DNA of 64,000 nt from Neisseriales bacterium (GTDB lineage: Bacteria > Pseudomonadota > Gammaproteobacteria > Burkholderiales > Q3-R57-64). The stretch is taken from NCBI GenBank assembly GCA_016699915.1, contig CP064990.1:732125-796124 (forward strand). Reading direction: 5' to 3'. Below, in pieces: positions 20,167 to 29,674 of this stretch (within the stretch, counting starts at the first letter, position 1; each line of letters begins with the position of its first letter). The notes under the pieces were generated by a model. The model was not told where the DNA came from. It made no database searches and saw nothing but the letters and a program-made list of their open reading frames with translations. A program made the translations under genes and the position numbers.

Positions 20167-21189
20167 ATGCCAATAAATCGTGCTTTTGCTCACCTGTACC
20201 GCAAATGGGTCGGTGGGATAGTAGTTTTATTATTGGTATATGGTTTGTGGTTAGTCGCAGTACCCGTACACTGGTCTCAAAAACCTTATTGCATCGTCAT
20301 TCCACCAAATCAGAGCCTGCAAGCTCTAGCTAAGCAATTAGATCAAGACCAAGCTATTCGTAGCCGCACTTTGATGGTGATATTGGCTAGACTGTTGCAA
20401 TGGGATACTAAAATCCAAGCTGGGCGTTATGTCTTTAAAAGCCCTACCAATCTCATTGGCATGCTCAACGCTTTTGCAGCTGGAAAGGCTGAGCAACTTA
20501 GTATTACTTTTGTAGAAGGCATCACCTTTGACCAAATGCGTCAAACGTTAAATCAGGCGCCTTACCTACAGCACGACAGCCAGCACCTGAGCCATGCACA
20601 ACTCCTAATTAAAATTGGTGCTAAAAATAGTGGTTATGCCCATCCCGAAGGGTTGTTTTTCCCAAGTACCTATTTTTACGAACCGCAAGTAAGTGATTTA
20701 ACGATTTTGCGCCAAGCCTACCAGAACATGCAAAAAATACTAGCCACTACTTGGCAACATCGTGCTCCAAATTTGCCTTACCGTACGCCTTACGAACTCC
20801 TGATTATGGCAAGCTTGATTGAAAAAGAAACTGGATATGCGGCTGATCGGGCTAAAATTGCGGCGGTATTTATCAACCGCCTAAGAATCAACATGCGTTT
20901 ACAAACTGATCCAGCAGTCATGTATGGCATTAGCACGACTTTTTCTGGCTCTCTAACACATCGCCAGCTTAGAAGAAATACCCGCTATAATACCTATATC
21001 CACGCTGGATTAACACCAACACCTATTGCCTTGCCTGGTCTGGCCGCGTTAGAAGCTGCCGCCCACCCAGATCCACGTACCAAGGCATTTTATTTTGTGG
21101 CACGCCAAGATGGCTTATCAGTATTTTCACATAATTTAAAAGAACATAACGCTGCAGTTCGTAAATATATCCTTCATAAAGGAAAGTAA
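20167..21189 (+). CDS. mltG: Endolytic murein transglycosylase MltG (YceG family)
   Basis: N-terminal TM anchor and a YceG-like domain (...ASLIEKETGYAADRAKIAAVFINRL...TPYNTY-like RYNTYIHAGLTPTPIA). Confidence 0.9.
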   Translation: MPINRAFAHLYRKWVGGIVVLLLVYGLWLVAVPVHWSQKPYCIVIPPNQSLQALAKQLDQDQAIRSRTLMVILARLLQWDTKIQAGRYVFKSPTNLIGMLNAFAAGKAEQLSITFVEGITFDQMRQTLNQAPYLQHDSQHLSHAQLLIKIGAKNSGYAHPEGLFFPSTYFYEPQVSDLTILRQAYQNMQKILATTWQHRAPNLPYRTPYELLIMASLIEKETGYAADRAKIAAVFINRLRINMRLQTDPAVMYGISTTFSGSLTHRQLRRNTRYNTYIHAGLTPTPIALPGLAALEAAAHPDPRTKAFYFVARQDGLSVFSHNLKEHNAAVRKYILHKGK

Positions 21190-21192
21190 TTG

Positions 21193-21819
21193 ATGCTAAC
21201 GCATCGCTTCATAACGCTAGAAGGCATTGATGGGGTAGGGAAAAGTACACATATTCCTTTTGTTGCTCAGTATCTGATTGACAAAGGATTTCAGGTTACA
21301 TGTACGCGTGAACCGGGTGGAACAAGGCTTGGTGAAAAACTACGCAAAATACTTTTGGATCCTAGCTTGCCTTTATCGCTTGACACTGAAACGTTGCTCA
21401 TATTCGCAGCCAGAGCCGAACATATCCATCAAGTGATTAAACCGGCTCTACAAAAAGGATATTGGGTTCTATCCGATCGCTTTACGGATGCAACGTTTGC
21501 CTATCAAGGAGGTGGCCATTGTGTTGCTTTTGATCGAATTGCCGCTTTAGCTAACTGGGTACAACAGGGATTGATACCCGCCTTAACATTGCTTATTGAC
21601 ATACCACCTAACATTGCTTTAGCACGCCTAGCACCCCGTCGCCGCACGGATCGCTTTGAACAAAAATCGCTGCTTTTTTATCAGCGGGTGCGCGAAACCT
21701 ATTTGGATTTGGCAAAACAAGCACCGCAACGTTTTATTGTGATTGATGGTCAACAGACTATCGAGCAAACGCAACAAGAAATAACGCAACGACTTAATCA
21801 GTATTTCGCCCAACAATGA
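21193..21819 (+). CDS. tmk: dTMP (thymidylate) kinase
   Basis: P-loop FITLEGIDGVGKST and DRF motif LSDRFTDATFAYQG. Confidence 0.93.
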   Translation: MLTHRFITLEGIDGVGKSTHIPFVAQYLIDKGFQVTCTREPGGTRLGEKLRKILLDPSLPLSLDTETLLIFAARAEHIHQVIKPALQKGYWVLSDRFTDATFAYQGGGHCVAFDRIAALANWVQQGLIPALTLLIDIPPNIALARLAPRRRTDRFEQKSLLFYQRVRETYLDLAKQAPQRFIVIDGQQTIEQTQQEITQRLNQYFAQQ

Positions 21820-22829
21820 AACGCTATCCTTGGCAAGAACAAGATTGGCAAACGCTCACTCAATCCTTTAATCAACGACCCAATGCTTGGCTTTTTTATG
21901 GCCAACCCGGGATTGGTAAAGAGGCATTTGCCAAAAATCTAGCCGCCGCACTATTGTGTCAACACCCATTAAGCGACCAAAGTGCATGCATGCATTGCAA
22001 TAGCTGTCATTGGTTCCAAATTGCCCACCACCCCGATTTTTATGAGGTCACTCCTTTTTCCGAACAAGACGAAGCAGACGCTAAACCTTCTGCCGTTAAA
22101 AAATTACCCCTGATCAAAATAGAATCCATTTTGCGTATTCGGCATTTTGCTGCTCTCTCTTCACATCAAGCAGCTCTACGTATTGTGTTAATTACACCAA
22201 CTGAAGCCATGACTATCGCAGCAGCTAATGCCTTATTAAAAATTTTAGAAGAGCCTCCCCCTTCACTTCTATTTTTGCTCGTAAGCCATCATAAAGCGCG
22301 GGTGTTACCCACTATTCGTAGCCGATGCCGACCTATTTTGCTTACCGCACCAACGCCTAAACAAGCTTTGGATTGGCTCAAAACCCAAAAAATCAATAAT
22401 CCTGAACAATGGCTGGCCTTAAGGGGTGGGAGCCCATTATTAACTGACGAAGCACAATACCTTGCTTTATGGGAGCAAAGCATCGTCACACTGGTAAGAC
22501 CAACCATCTTGGCAATATTTACGCTCACTGAGGCTATTGAGCAACAAAAAGTACCGCTCTTTATCGTTTTAGGTTGGTTGGAAAAATGGTTACTGGACGT
22601 GGCTTACCTACAAAATACTTCTCACGCAAGATTTTATCAGCACCAATTATCCACCCTACAAAGCCTTGCTCAACAAATCAATCGCCAAGCACTATGGGTC
22701 TGTTATGATAGGATAAAGCGTGTACAAGCCGGAGCATTTCAAGCACTTAATACACGTCTACAAATAGAAGCTATCTTGATGGATTATCGTCAGCTCTTTG
22801 CAAGAAAAATGACCCATGAAGCTCGTTGA
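21816..22829 (+). CDS. holB: DNA polymerase III subunit delta'
   Basis: 337 aa with YGQPGIGK in place of a true Walker A, a Cys-rich zinc module (CMHCNSCHWF), and LKILEEPP / SRC motifs. Overlaps the tmk stop. Confidence 0.88.
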   Translation: MKRYPWQEQDWQTLTQSFNQRPNAWLFYGQPGIGKEAFAKNLAAALLCQHPLSDQSACMHCNSCHWFQIAHHPDFYEVTPFSEQDEADAKPSAVKKLPLIKIESILRIRHFAALSSHQAALRIVLITPTEAMTIAAANALLKILEEPPPSLLFLLVSHHKARVLPTIRSRCRPILLTAPTPKQALDWLKTQKINNPEQWLALRGGSPLLTDEAQYLALWEQSIVTLVRPTILAIFTLTEAIEQQKVPLFIVLGWLEKWLLDVAYLQNTSHARFYQHQLSTLQSLAQQINRQALWVCYDRIKRVQAGAFQALNTRLQIEAILMDYRQLFARKMTHEAR

Positions 22830-23610
22830 TTCCCATTGCCATCTCCATTTTCCAGGTTTAGTGGAGTCAATCCCTGACGTGATATTGCGTATGCAAAAAG
22901 CGCAAATCAACTATGCACTCACTGTTGCAACTTGCCAAACAGAATGGTCTATTATCAAAACGCTCGTAGAGCAATACACGCCCTTATTTGGCGCCATTGG
23001 TATCCACCCCGACCTGCCTGACAAGACGCCATGCAATCAGGCAATACTCCTTGCTGCGAGCAAACACCCTAAGATAGTAGCGTTGGGAGAAGCCGGGCTT
23101 GACTATCACTATGTACCTGATGCGGCTTCCTACCAACAAGAGCGATTCATCGTGCATCTTGAGGCAGCAAAATCAGCAAAACTACCTATCATCATCCACT
23201 GTCGCGATGCCACAGCTGATATGTTGGCTATTTTAAAAGCAGTAGCTCCCGTTTCAGGGGTCATGCATTGCTTTAGTGAGAATTGCGAGGTCGCTAAAAC
23301 CTTGCTTGACCTAGGACTTTATATTTCGTTATCTGGTATCGTCACGTTTAAAAATGCTAAAACCTTGCAAGACGTTGCTAATTATCTGCCACAGGATCGC
23401 TTGCTGATTGAAACCGATGCTCCTTATTTGGCTCCTGTTCCACACCGCGGCCAGCCTAATGAACCATCTTATGTGTACCATGTGGCCAAGTATATTGCGC
23501 ATTTGCGTGGTATCCCCTTGGATATATTAGCAGACGCCATCACGCAAAATTTTTTGACTTGTTTCCCGAAAATTACACAATATCATGCAGACAACACCTT
23601 GCCCCATTGA
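22816..23610 (+). CDS. TatD-family metal-dependent hydrolase (YcfH-like)
   Basis: MKLVDSHCHLHF...GEAGLDYHY...ETDAPYLAPVPHRG motifs. Conserved position after holB. Confidence 0.9.
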   Translation: MKLVDSHCHLHFPGLVESIPDVILRMQKAQINYALTVATCQTEWSIIKTLVEQYTPLFGAIGIHPDLPDKTPCNQAILLAASKHPKIVALGEAGLDYHYVPDAASYQQERFIVHLEAAKSAKLPIIIHCRDATADMLAILKAVAPVSGVMHCFSENCEVAKTLLDLGLYISLSGIVTFKNAKTLQDVANYLPQDRLLIETDAPYLAPVPHRGQPNEPSYVYHVAKYIAHLRGIPLDILADAITQNFLTCFPKITQYHADNTLPH

Positions 23611-24376
23611 TGTTGTCCTACTTGGTTGTGGCGCCAGTAGTGGTGTACCCGTTGCAGCTTGTCGCTGTACAGTGTGCCAGTCAAGTCACCCTAAAAACCA
23701 GCGCACCCGTACAGCGGCTTGGATTCGAACACCATACTTATCATGCCTCATTGATACGGGACCCGATTTAAGGCAACAGATTTTGCGAGAAAAAATTGAA
23801 CGGGTAGATGCTGTGCTGTATACCCATGCCCATGCCGATCACCTCAACGGTATAGATGACTTACGTGCCTTTTGTGTGGCACAAAAAATAGCTATACCCG
23901 TCTATAGTGATCAAGCAACCTTACAAGCCATTGCAAACCGCTTTCCCTATGCCCTATCGACCACCCAAGGCTACTGGGATAAATTAACCATCGCACCGCA
24001 TCCGGTTGCACCAGGCATCACTTTTGATTTAGGTCCACTTTTGATAACACCGATTTTATTGCCTCATGGAACACAGCGCTGTTTAGGATGGCGCATCAAT
24101 GATATAGCTTGGTTAACAGATATTTCAGCCATTCCAAAAGATGCACTGATCCATTTACAGCACCTTAAAATCCTTTATTTAGATTGCTTGCGAAGTCAAC
24201 CCTATCCTGCCCATTTAACAGTTGACCAAGCCTTAGACTATGCCCATTATATTCAAGCTAGGCAAACTATTCTCATTCATATGAGCCATGATATTGATTA
24301 CGTTGCCTTAAAAAAACGTTGCCCTAAAGGCGTTACAGTAGGCTATGATGGCATGCATCAATCACTTAATGCATAA
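23585..24376 (+). CDS. MBL-fold metallo-hydrolase (PhnP-like)
   Basis: GCGASSGVP... and the HxHxDH motif YTHAHADHLNG. 26-nt overlap with the tatD-family gene. Confidence 0.8.
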   Translation: MQTTPCPIDVVLLGCGASSGVPVAACRCTVCQSSHPKNQRTRTAAWIRTPYLSCLIDTGPDLRQQILREKIERVDAVLYTHAHADHLNGIDDLRAFCVAQKIAIPVYSDQATLQAIANRFPYALSTTQGYWDKLTIAPHPVAPGITFDLGPLLITPILLPHGTQRCLGWRINDIAWLTDISAIPKDALIHLQHLKILYLDCLRSQPYPAHLTVDQALDYAHYIQARQTILIHMSHDIDYVALKKRCPKGVTVGYDGMHQSLNA

Positions 24377-24381
24377 CAACC

Positions 24382-24924
24382 ATGACCAAACACAACACCT
24401 TAATTTGGCTAGATATGGAAATGACCGGTCTTTGCCCGGTTACCGATCGGATTTTAGAAGTGGGTATGTTAATCACCGATCACGACTTGAATATTCTTGC
24501 CAAGGCTCCTTCTTGGGTTTTACATCAAACCGATGTGGTGTTAGAAGTAATGGATACTTGGAATACCCAAACGCATCAAAAAAGCGGTCTTATTGATCAA
24601 GTTAAAGCTTCCGTTCTCACCGAACAGGCAGTTGAACATGCGATGGTTGATTTCATGAAGCAGTATGCTGCGCCACAAAGTAGTCCCATGTGCGGCAATA
24701 CTGTCCACCAAGATAGGCGCTTTTTAGCGCAATGGATGCCCCAAGCTGAAGCCTATTTCCATTATCGTAATATTGATGTCTCCACGCTCAAAGAGCTGGC
24801 TAAACGTTGGAAACCTGCTATTGTTAAGCAGTTTGTCAAGGTCAGTAAACATGAGGCGTTAGCTGATATCATCGAGTCAGTTGAAGAAATGCGCTACTAC
24901 CGCGAACACTTCATTCAACATTAA
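24382..24924 (+). CDS. orn: Oligoribonuclease
   Basis: 180 aa DEDDh exonuclease: LIWLDMEMTGL..., ...GNTVHQDRRFL..., ...KHEALADIIESVEEMRYYR. Confidence 0.94.
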   Translation: MTKHNTLIWLDMEMTGLCPVTDRILEVGMLITDHDLNILAKAPSWVLHQTDVVLEVMDTWNTQTHQKSGLIDQVKASVLTEQAVEHAMVDFMKQYAAPQSSPMCGNTVHQDRRFLAQWMPQAEAYFHYRNIDVSTLKELAKRWKPAIVKQFVKVSKHEALADIIESVEEMRYYREHFIQH

Positions 24925-24988
24925 GTAGCGTTATGACTTCAGATATAATAGTGCCCATCATATCAAGTCAAATAGCACCATACCACCC

Positions 24989-25606
24989 ATGGCATCTTCT
25001 TCTATCCTACTGGCACAACGGCTTGGTACTGTACTAGAACAACGTAAAGAGACCCTAGCTGTTGCCGAATCCTGCACAGGAGGGCTTTTAGCCAGTGCTA
25101 TTACCTCTATTCCAGGTAGTTCAGCTTGGTTCAAAATGGGTTGGGTAACCTATAGTAATGCAGCCAAAACAACGCAGCTAGGCATCAAAACTCAACAAAT
25201 TATCCGGCACGGAGCGGTGAGTCGCTACACGGTACGCCATATGGCTAAGCAAGCTCTCAAGTTGGCTGGAACCCATTGTTCCATTGCGATCTCTGGGGTT
25301 GCAGGACCAAGTAACAGCAATCGGGATAATCCGCAAGAAGTCGTACCTATTGGTACGATCTGGATTGCTGCGATGCACTACCAACAACCTAAACTTTGGG
25401 TCATCCAACAAAAAATGTCAGGGAACCGACAACAAATCAGGGAAAAATCAGTTGATGTTGCCATGTTTAGCTTGCTGATGATTTTAGTAACTGGGCACTG
25501 TGATATGGCGCATGTGAATCGCCATTTTTTTAATTTTTGCGGCTCCTATGGCACATTATCTACCGATCAAGCCACAGCACTGGATAAGATCTTGGGCATC
25601 ACTTAA
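24989..25606 (+). CDS. pncC: CinA-family nicotinamide-nucleotide amidohydrolase (PncC domain)
   Basis: ...TLAVAESCTGGLLASAITSIPGSSAWF..GWVTYSN..K is the canonical CinA C-terminal-domain motif. About 40 non-conserved extra residues at the C-terminus. Confidence 0.85.
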   Translation: MASSSILLAQRLGTVLEQRKETLAVAESCTGGLLASAITSIPGSSAWFKMGWVTYSNAAKTTQLGIKTQQIIRHGAVSRYTVRHMAKQALKLAGTHCSIAISGVAGPSNSNRDNPQEVVPIGTIWIAAMHYQQPKLWVIQQKMSGNRQQIREKSVDVAMFSLLMILVTGHCDMAHVNRHFFNFCGSYGTLSTDQATALDKILGIT

Positions 25607-25616
25607 AATGACCTCT

Positions 25617-25640
25617 TCATGCTTTCAAAGCATGAGCCTT
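25617..25640 (+). terminator. Possible intrinsic terminator after pncC
   Basis: TCATGCTTT-C-AAAGCATGA inverted repeat (25617-25635) starting 11 nt after the stop, followed by GCCTTATTTT. The T-tract is weak. Confidence 0.4.
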
Positions 25641-25832
25641 ATTTTACATAAACTATGTTTTAAAGCTTTACATCAAAAGCTAAGTAAGATCGTTCTTCAT
25701 GCACAAAGTGTTGGTATGTTAATGTCGGTAAACACTATGAATTGTTATCACGATCCTATCTACCAAGAATCCTGATTATAAAAAAACACCATGTCTTCAA
25801 AGGATGGAGCGTCCAAATCAATCCAATACTAT

Positions 25833-26915
25833 TTAGAAGGTATAATTCAAGCCAGCGCCGACTCTAAAGCCATTAATCTTAATAAAATGTTCAGCATTCC
25901 ATGCGCCCTTCCCTAAAGCCCTCGTTGCATTTAATTTTGCCTGCAAAGAAAGATTATCCGCCAATTGCCAATGAAAACCACTGCCAATTTCTGCAGTGAG
26001 CGATTTTTTTACCGCTTGACCCAAGTCATCTTTATGCTCCAAAACGGTAACAAAATCTGCCGACACAAAAGGCTCTAACCCTTGATCATATTGAGCAAGC
26101 GCAAACTTCAGACCGTTTCGCAGGCTGATTGGTCTTTTTTGATTTTGATCGCCTTTTATATAATGCTGCACAGATAACTGGTTAGATTGGGTTACCAATA
26201 ATGAACCAACCGATAGCTGCACCAACTTTAAGGTATAGCCAGCAGCAATAGTAGTGCCGATACTATCTACTGTATGTTTGAACTCTTGATCCTTATCATT
26301 GACTGCATCGTCCGTCCCTTTAAATGAAGTACTAAATTGGTTATATTGCAGGGCAGCTCCGATGCGTAAACCTGTTGGATCGTCAATTTTGCTTTGATAG
26401 GCGATCACAGCGCCTCCCACAAATAGTTTTGAGTCTGTTTTATAGTAGATTTTTTCGGCATCGTTACTTTGTGTTGCTTCTTTTGCTTGTAGTGAGCTTA
26501 CTTCCTGCGCCACCGACCCAAAACCGCCAAACCCACCAAAAACTAGTCGGTCATATCCACGCAAACTCAGAGCAACAAAATTATGACTGATTAAAAAACC
26601 TTTTGCCGTCACATCCAACCGGGCTTCATGGTTGTTTGTAAGTTCTAAAGAATTATTAAAAGAACGCCAGTGCTGGACATACTCACCTTGGACAAAAGTA
26701 TCTCCCTCTAAAACCTGCAACAGTGACAAATTCAATGCATCGCCCACTATGCTGCTTATAGCTTGATATTGCTCTTTGAAGACAGGGCTTTCATCTATTT
26801 TTGCTTTAAAAGCCACCTCATCATCGGCTAGAGCGCTCCATGATATCGCCATAGCGATACAACCCAATTTTCTTAAATGAACAGTTGGCTTAGAAAAAAC
26901 TTGATATAACCTCAT
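25833..26915 (-). CDS. Hypothetical outer-membrane beta-barrel protein (autotransporter-beta-domain-like)
   Basis: 360 aa with an N-terminal signal-like segment ...LGCIAMAISWSALA|DDE, alternating amphipathic strands throughout, and an OMP-type C-terminal signature ...FRVGAGLNYTF. Confidence 0.55.
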   Translation of the reverse strand: MRLYQVFSKPTVHLRKLGCIAMAISWSALADDEVAFKAKIDESPVFKEQYQAISSIVGDALNLSLLQVLEGDTFVQGEYVQHWRSFNNSLELTNNHEARLDVTAKGFLISHNFVALSLRGYDRLVFGGFGGFGSVAQEVSSLQAKEATQSNDAEKIYYKTDSKLFVGGAVIAYQSKIDDPTGLRIGAALQYNQFSTSFKGTDDAVNDKDQEFKHTVDSIGTTIAAGYTLKLVQLSVGSLLVTQSNQLSVQHYIKGDQNQKRPISLRNGLKFALAQYDQGLEPFVSADFVTVLEHKDDLGQAVKKSLTAEIGSGFHWQLADNLSLQAKLNATRALGKGAWNAEHFIKINGFRVGAGLNYTF

Positions 26916-27171
26916 GACTGTTACCCTACCTTCTTGGCAATGTTTTGATAAGACAGAACCTCCACCGCTTACTACTTACAATCCGTACGTTCACGAAACA
27001 ACCTAGCGTTAAGATATAATACAACTTTAAACCATAAACACATCAAGTTTTATATATGCTGTCTTCTCTTAATGGAACAGGGTTGGCTGGACTTTTTTGA
27101 GCACTATTTGGAAACACGGTGCCCAGCACGATTAGCTGACTGCCCAAGACAAATAATTATTAAACATGCAC

Positions 27172-28362
27172 TTAATCAGCTTGCTTGCGCAAAAAAGCCG
27201 GAATATCGTAGGAAGCGTCAAACTGTTCGGGCACTGAATCAGTGCTAGATGGTGTCGTAGAAGAAAGACTACGGCGCCCCTGACGCATTACAGCAGGCAT
27301 ATCTAAGTTACCATAATCCATCGTTGCAAGCGGTTGATCGTCCGTTCCCGTCTTAATTACCCGTATATATTCAGGGCATTCATTGCGGGTGACTTTTTTG
27401 CCAAGCCCTGTTGCGATAATCGTCACACGAATGGCTTCATCAGCCATCTCCACAATTTCCGCTGTACCGAATTTAATTTGCGCTTCATCATCCACATATT
27501 GGGCAATCATGCTCATGATTTCACGGTATTCGCGCATTTTTAATTGATTGGGAGCTGTTGAAATATTAACTAATACCCCCTTTGCTCCATTGAGCGTAAC
27601 ATTGTCAAGCAATGGATTATGAATCGCTTCTTCTACTGCCAAGCGAGCTCGATCAACTCCGGAAGATTCAGCAGAACCCATCATCGCCATTCCCATTTGG
27701 CTCATCACCGCCTTAATATCAGCAAAGTCTACATTAATCAACCCTGGGCAAGTAATCACTTCAGCAATCCCGGCTACAGCACGACGTAATACTTCATCTG
27801 CAATAAGGAATGCTTCTTTTTGCGTTAATTCTTCCGCAAGTGTTTCCATTAGTTTTTCGTTGGGAATAATAATCAACGAATCGACCCATTTTTTTAGCTC
27901 ATCGAGCCCAGCATCTGCTACTTTGCAGCGTTTACCTTCGTATAAAAAGGGGCGCGTAACCACCGCAACCGTCAATATACCTAAGCTTTTGGCAATCTCC
28001 GCCACAATAGGCGCTGCACCAGTACCCGTACCGCCCCCCATACCAGCTGTCACAAAAACCATGTCAGCACCACGGAGTGCTTCAACAATCATTTCTCGGC
28101 TCTCTAAAGCCGCATTGCGACCAATTTCTGGATCCGAGCCCGCCCCTAAACCATTCGTCAGCCCTGCCCCCAGCTGTAATTGCCATTTGGCTTTATTTTT
28201 TTGGAGCGCCTGTAGATCCGTATTAGCCGAGATAAATTCAACACCCTTCAGGGAAGAAGCCACCATATTGTCCACAGCGTTACAACCGCCTCCGCCAACC
28301 CCAATAACTCTAATCACTGCCCCCAAAGTACCCTTTGGTGTGACATCAAGTTTTGCGCTCAT
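27172..28362 (-). CDS. ftsZ: Cell division protein FtsZ
   Basis: Tubulin signature GGGTGTGAAP, N-terminal VIGVGGGGCNAV, and a conserved C-terminal peptide DIPAFLRKQAD. Confidence 0.98.
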   Translation of the reverse strand: MSAKLDVTPKGTLGAVIRVIGVGGGGCNAVDNMVASSLKGVEFISANTDLQALQKNKAKWQLQLGAGLTNGLGAGSDPEIGRNAALESREMIVEALRGADMVFVTAGMGGGTGTGAAPIVAEIAKSLGILTVAVVTRPFLYEGKRCKVADAGLDELKKWVDSLIIIPNEKLMETLAEELTQKEAFLIADEVLRRAVAGIAEVITCPGLINVDFADIKAVMSQMGMAMMGSAESSGVDRARLAVEEAIHNPLLDNVTLNGAKGVLVNISTAPNQLKMREYREIMSMIAQYVDDEAQIKFGTAEIVEMADEAIRVTIIATGLGKKVTRNECPEYIRVIKTGTDDQPLATMDYGNLDMPAVMRQGRRSLSSTTPSSTDSVPEQFDASYDIPAFLRKQAD

Positions 28363-28419
28363 TTTAAGTTAAGCCCCTTTATAAATGTGCCCTAAATTAA
28401 ACAACTCTAATGTTAACCC

Positions 28420-29649
28420 CTAGAAATTGTTTGCAAACCAATTCTTCATGCGAGTCAATATGCCTAACCTGTCATTTTTTTGCTCATGATGAACCGCTAA
28501 TTGTCCTTGGCTATACATCAAAAGTCCAATGCTGGTTGAAAAACGAGGGTTGCGCACCATGTCTGACACTCCACCAACACATTTAGGGATACCAATCCGT
28601 ACAGGCAGATGAAAAATTTCCTCAGCCAAAATAGCCATACTAGGCATAGATGCTGCTCCACCAGTTAATACGACACCCGATACGAGGTTATTTTCAAAAC
28701 CTGCACGACGTAATTCGCTTCGTACCAATTGAAAAAGCTCTTCTACGCGCGGCTCAATAACTTCAGCAAGCGCAATATGAGCCATTTGTCGAGGTTTGCG
28801 ATCACCAACGCCAGGAATTTCTACTACTTTATCAGCTTCGGCATCAGCCGCCCTCGCCACCCCATGCAAAATTTTGATTTCTTCGGCTTCTTTGGTTGTG
28901 GTGCGTAAAGCCACCGCAATATCATTCGTAATTTGATCTCCCGCAATCGGAATCACTGCAGTATGACGAATGGCTCCGCCTAAATAAACAGCTATATCCG
29001 TGGTACCACCACCCATGTCAACTAAGCAAACGCCCATTTCTTTTTCATCATCAGATAAGACTGCAATAGCAGAAGCCATGGGCTGCAAGATTAGTTCTGC
29101 TACCTCCAGCCCGCACCGACGAACACATTTGGTTACATTCTGCACAGCCGATACGGCTCCCGTAACAATATGAACCTTTGCTTCAAGCCGTACACCACTC
29201 ATGCCAATCGGTTCTTTTACCCCCTCTTGGCCATCAATACTATATTCTTGCGTCACAATATGGAGTACTTCATGATCGGGCGGAATAGACACCGCACGAG
29301 CCGTTTCGATCACTCGATCAATATCCTGTTGCGTAACTTCTCGGGCTTTAATAGCCACCATCCCCTGCGAATTCATGCTGCGGATATGGCCACCTGCAAT
29401 TCCGGTAAATACCCAATGGATTTTGCAATCAGCCATGCGCTGTGCATCATCAATAGCACGCTTAATGGATTGTACAGTTGATTCAATATTAACAACCATG
29501 CCACGCTTTAACCCATGCGATGGCACTTGACCAAAGCCTACCACTTCAAGGCTGTCATGGTCTGATACATCGGCAACTACCGCGACTACCTTGGATGTCC
29601 CAATATCCAATCCAACAAGCCGATTCTTCACTTCTTTTGGTTTATTCAT
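28420..29649 (-). CDS. ftsA: Cell division protein FtsA
   Basis: 409 aa actin-fold protein: LVGLDIGTSKVVAVV..., DMGGGTTDIAVY, and a C-terminal amphipathic helix ..MKNWFANNF. Confidence 0.96.
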   Translation of the reverse strand: MNKPKEVKNRLVGLDIGTSKVVAVVADVSDHDSLEVVGFGQVPSHGLKRGMVVNIESTVQSIKRAIDDAQRMADCKIHWVFTGIAGGHIRSMNSQGMVAIKAREVTQQDIDRVIETARAVSIPPDHEVLHIVTQEYSIDGQEGVKEPIGMSGVRLEAKVHIVTGAVSAVQNVTKCVRRCGLEVAELILQPMASAIAVLSDDEKEMGVCLVDMGGGTTDIAVYLGGAIRHTAVIPIAGDQITNDIAVALRTTTKEAEEIKILHGVARAADAEADKVVEIPGVGDRKPRQMAHIALAEVIEPRVEELFQLVRSELRRAGFENNLVSGVVLTGGAASMPSMAILAEEIFHLPVRIGIPKCVGGVSDMVRNPRFSTSIGLLMYSQGQLAVHHEQKNDRLGILTRMKNWFANNF

Positions 29650-29674
29650 CGATCTTCAGGCTCCAAGTTTGCGT

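Noticed and set aside
25480-25606. The C-terminal tail of about 40 aa on PncC (..VTGHCDMAHVNRHFFNFCGSYGTLSTDQATALDKILGIT), considered as a possible fused domain or a frameshifted neighbouring gene.
   Set aside because: I could recognise no similarity to recA or other usual cinA neighbours. It is most simply read-through into non-conserved sequence after loss of the ancestral stop. It is not testable from the sequence alone.
27860-28372. A 170-aa + strand ORF antisense to ftsZ. Alternative-frame ORFs within tolR (30695-31057) and bamD (34734-35255) are similar cases.
   Set aside because: They overlap confidently identified genes and are explained by codon-bias shadowing. They carry no motifs.
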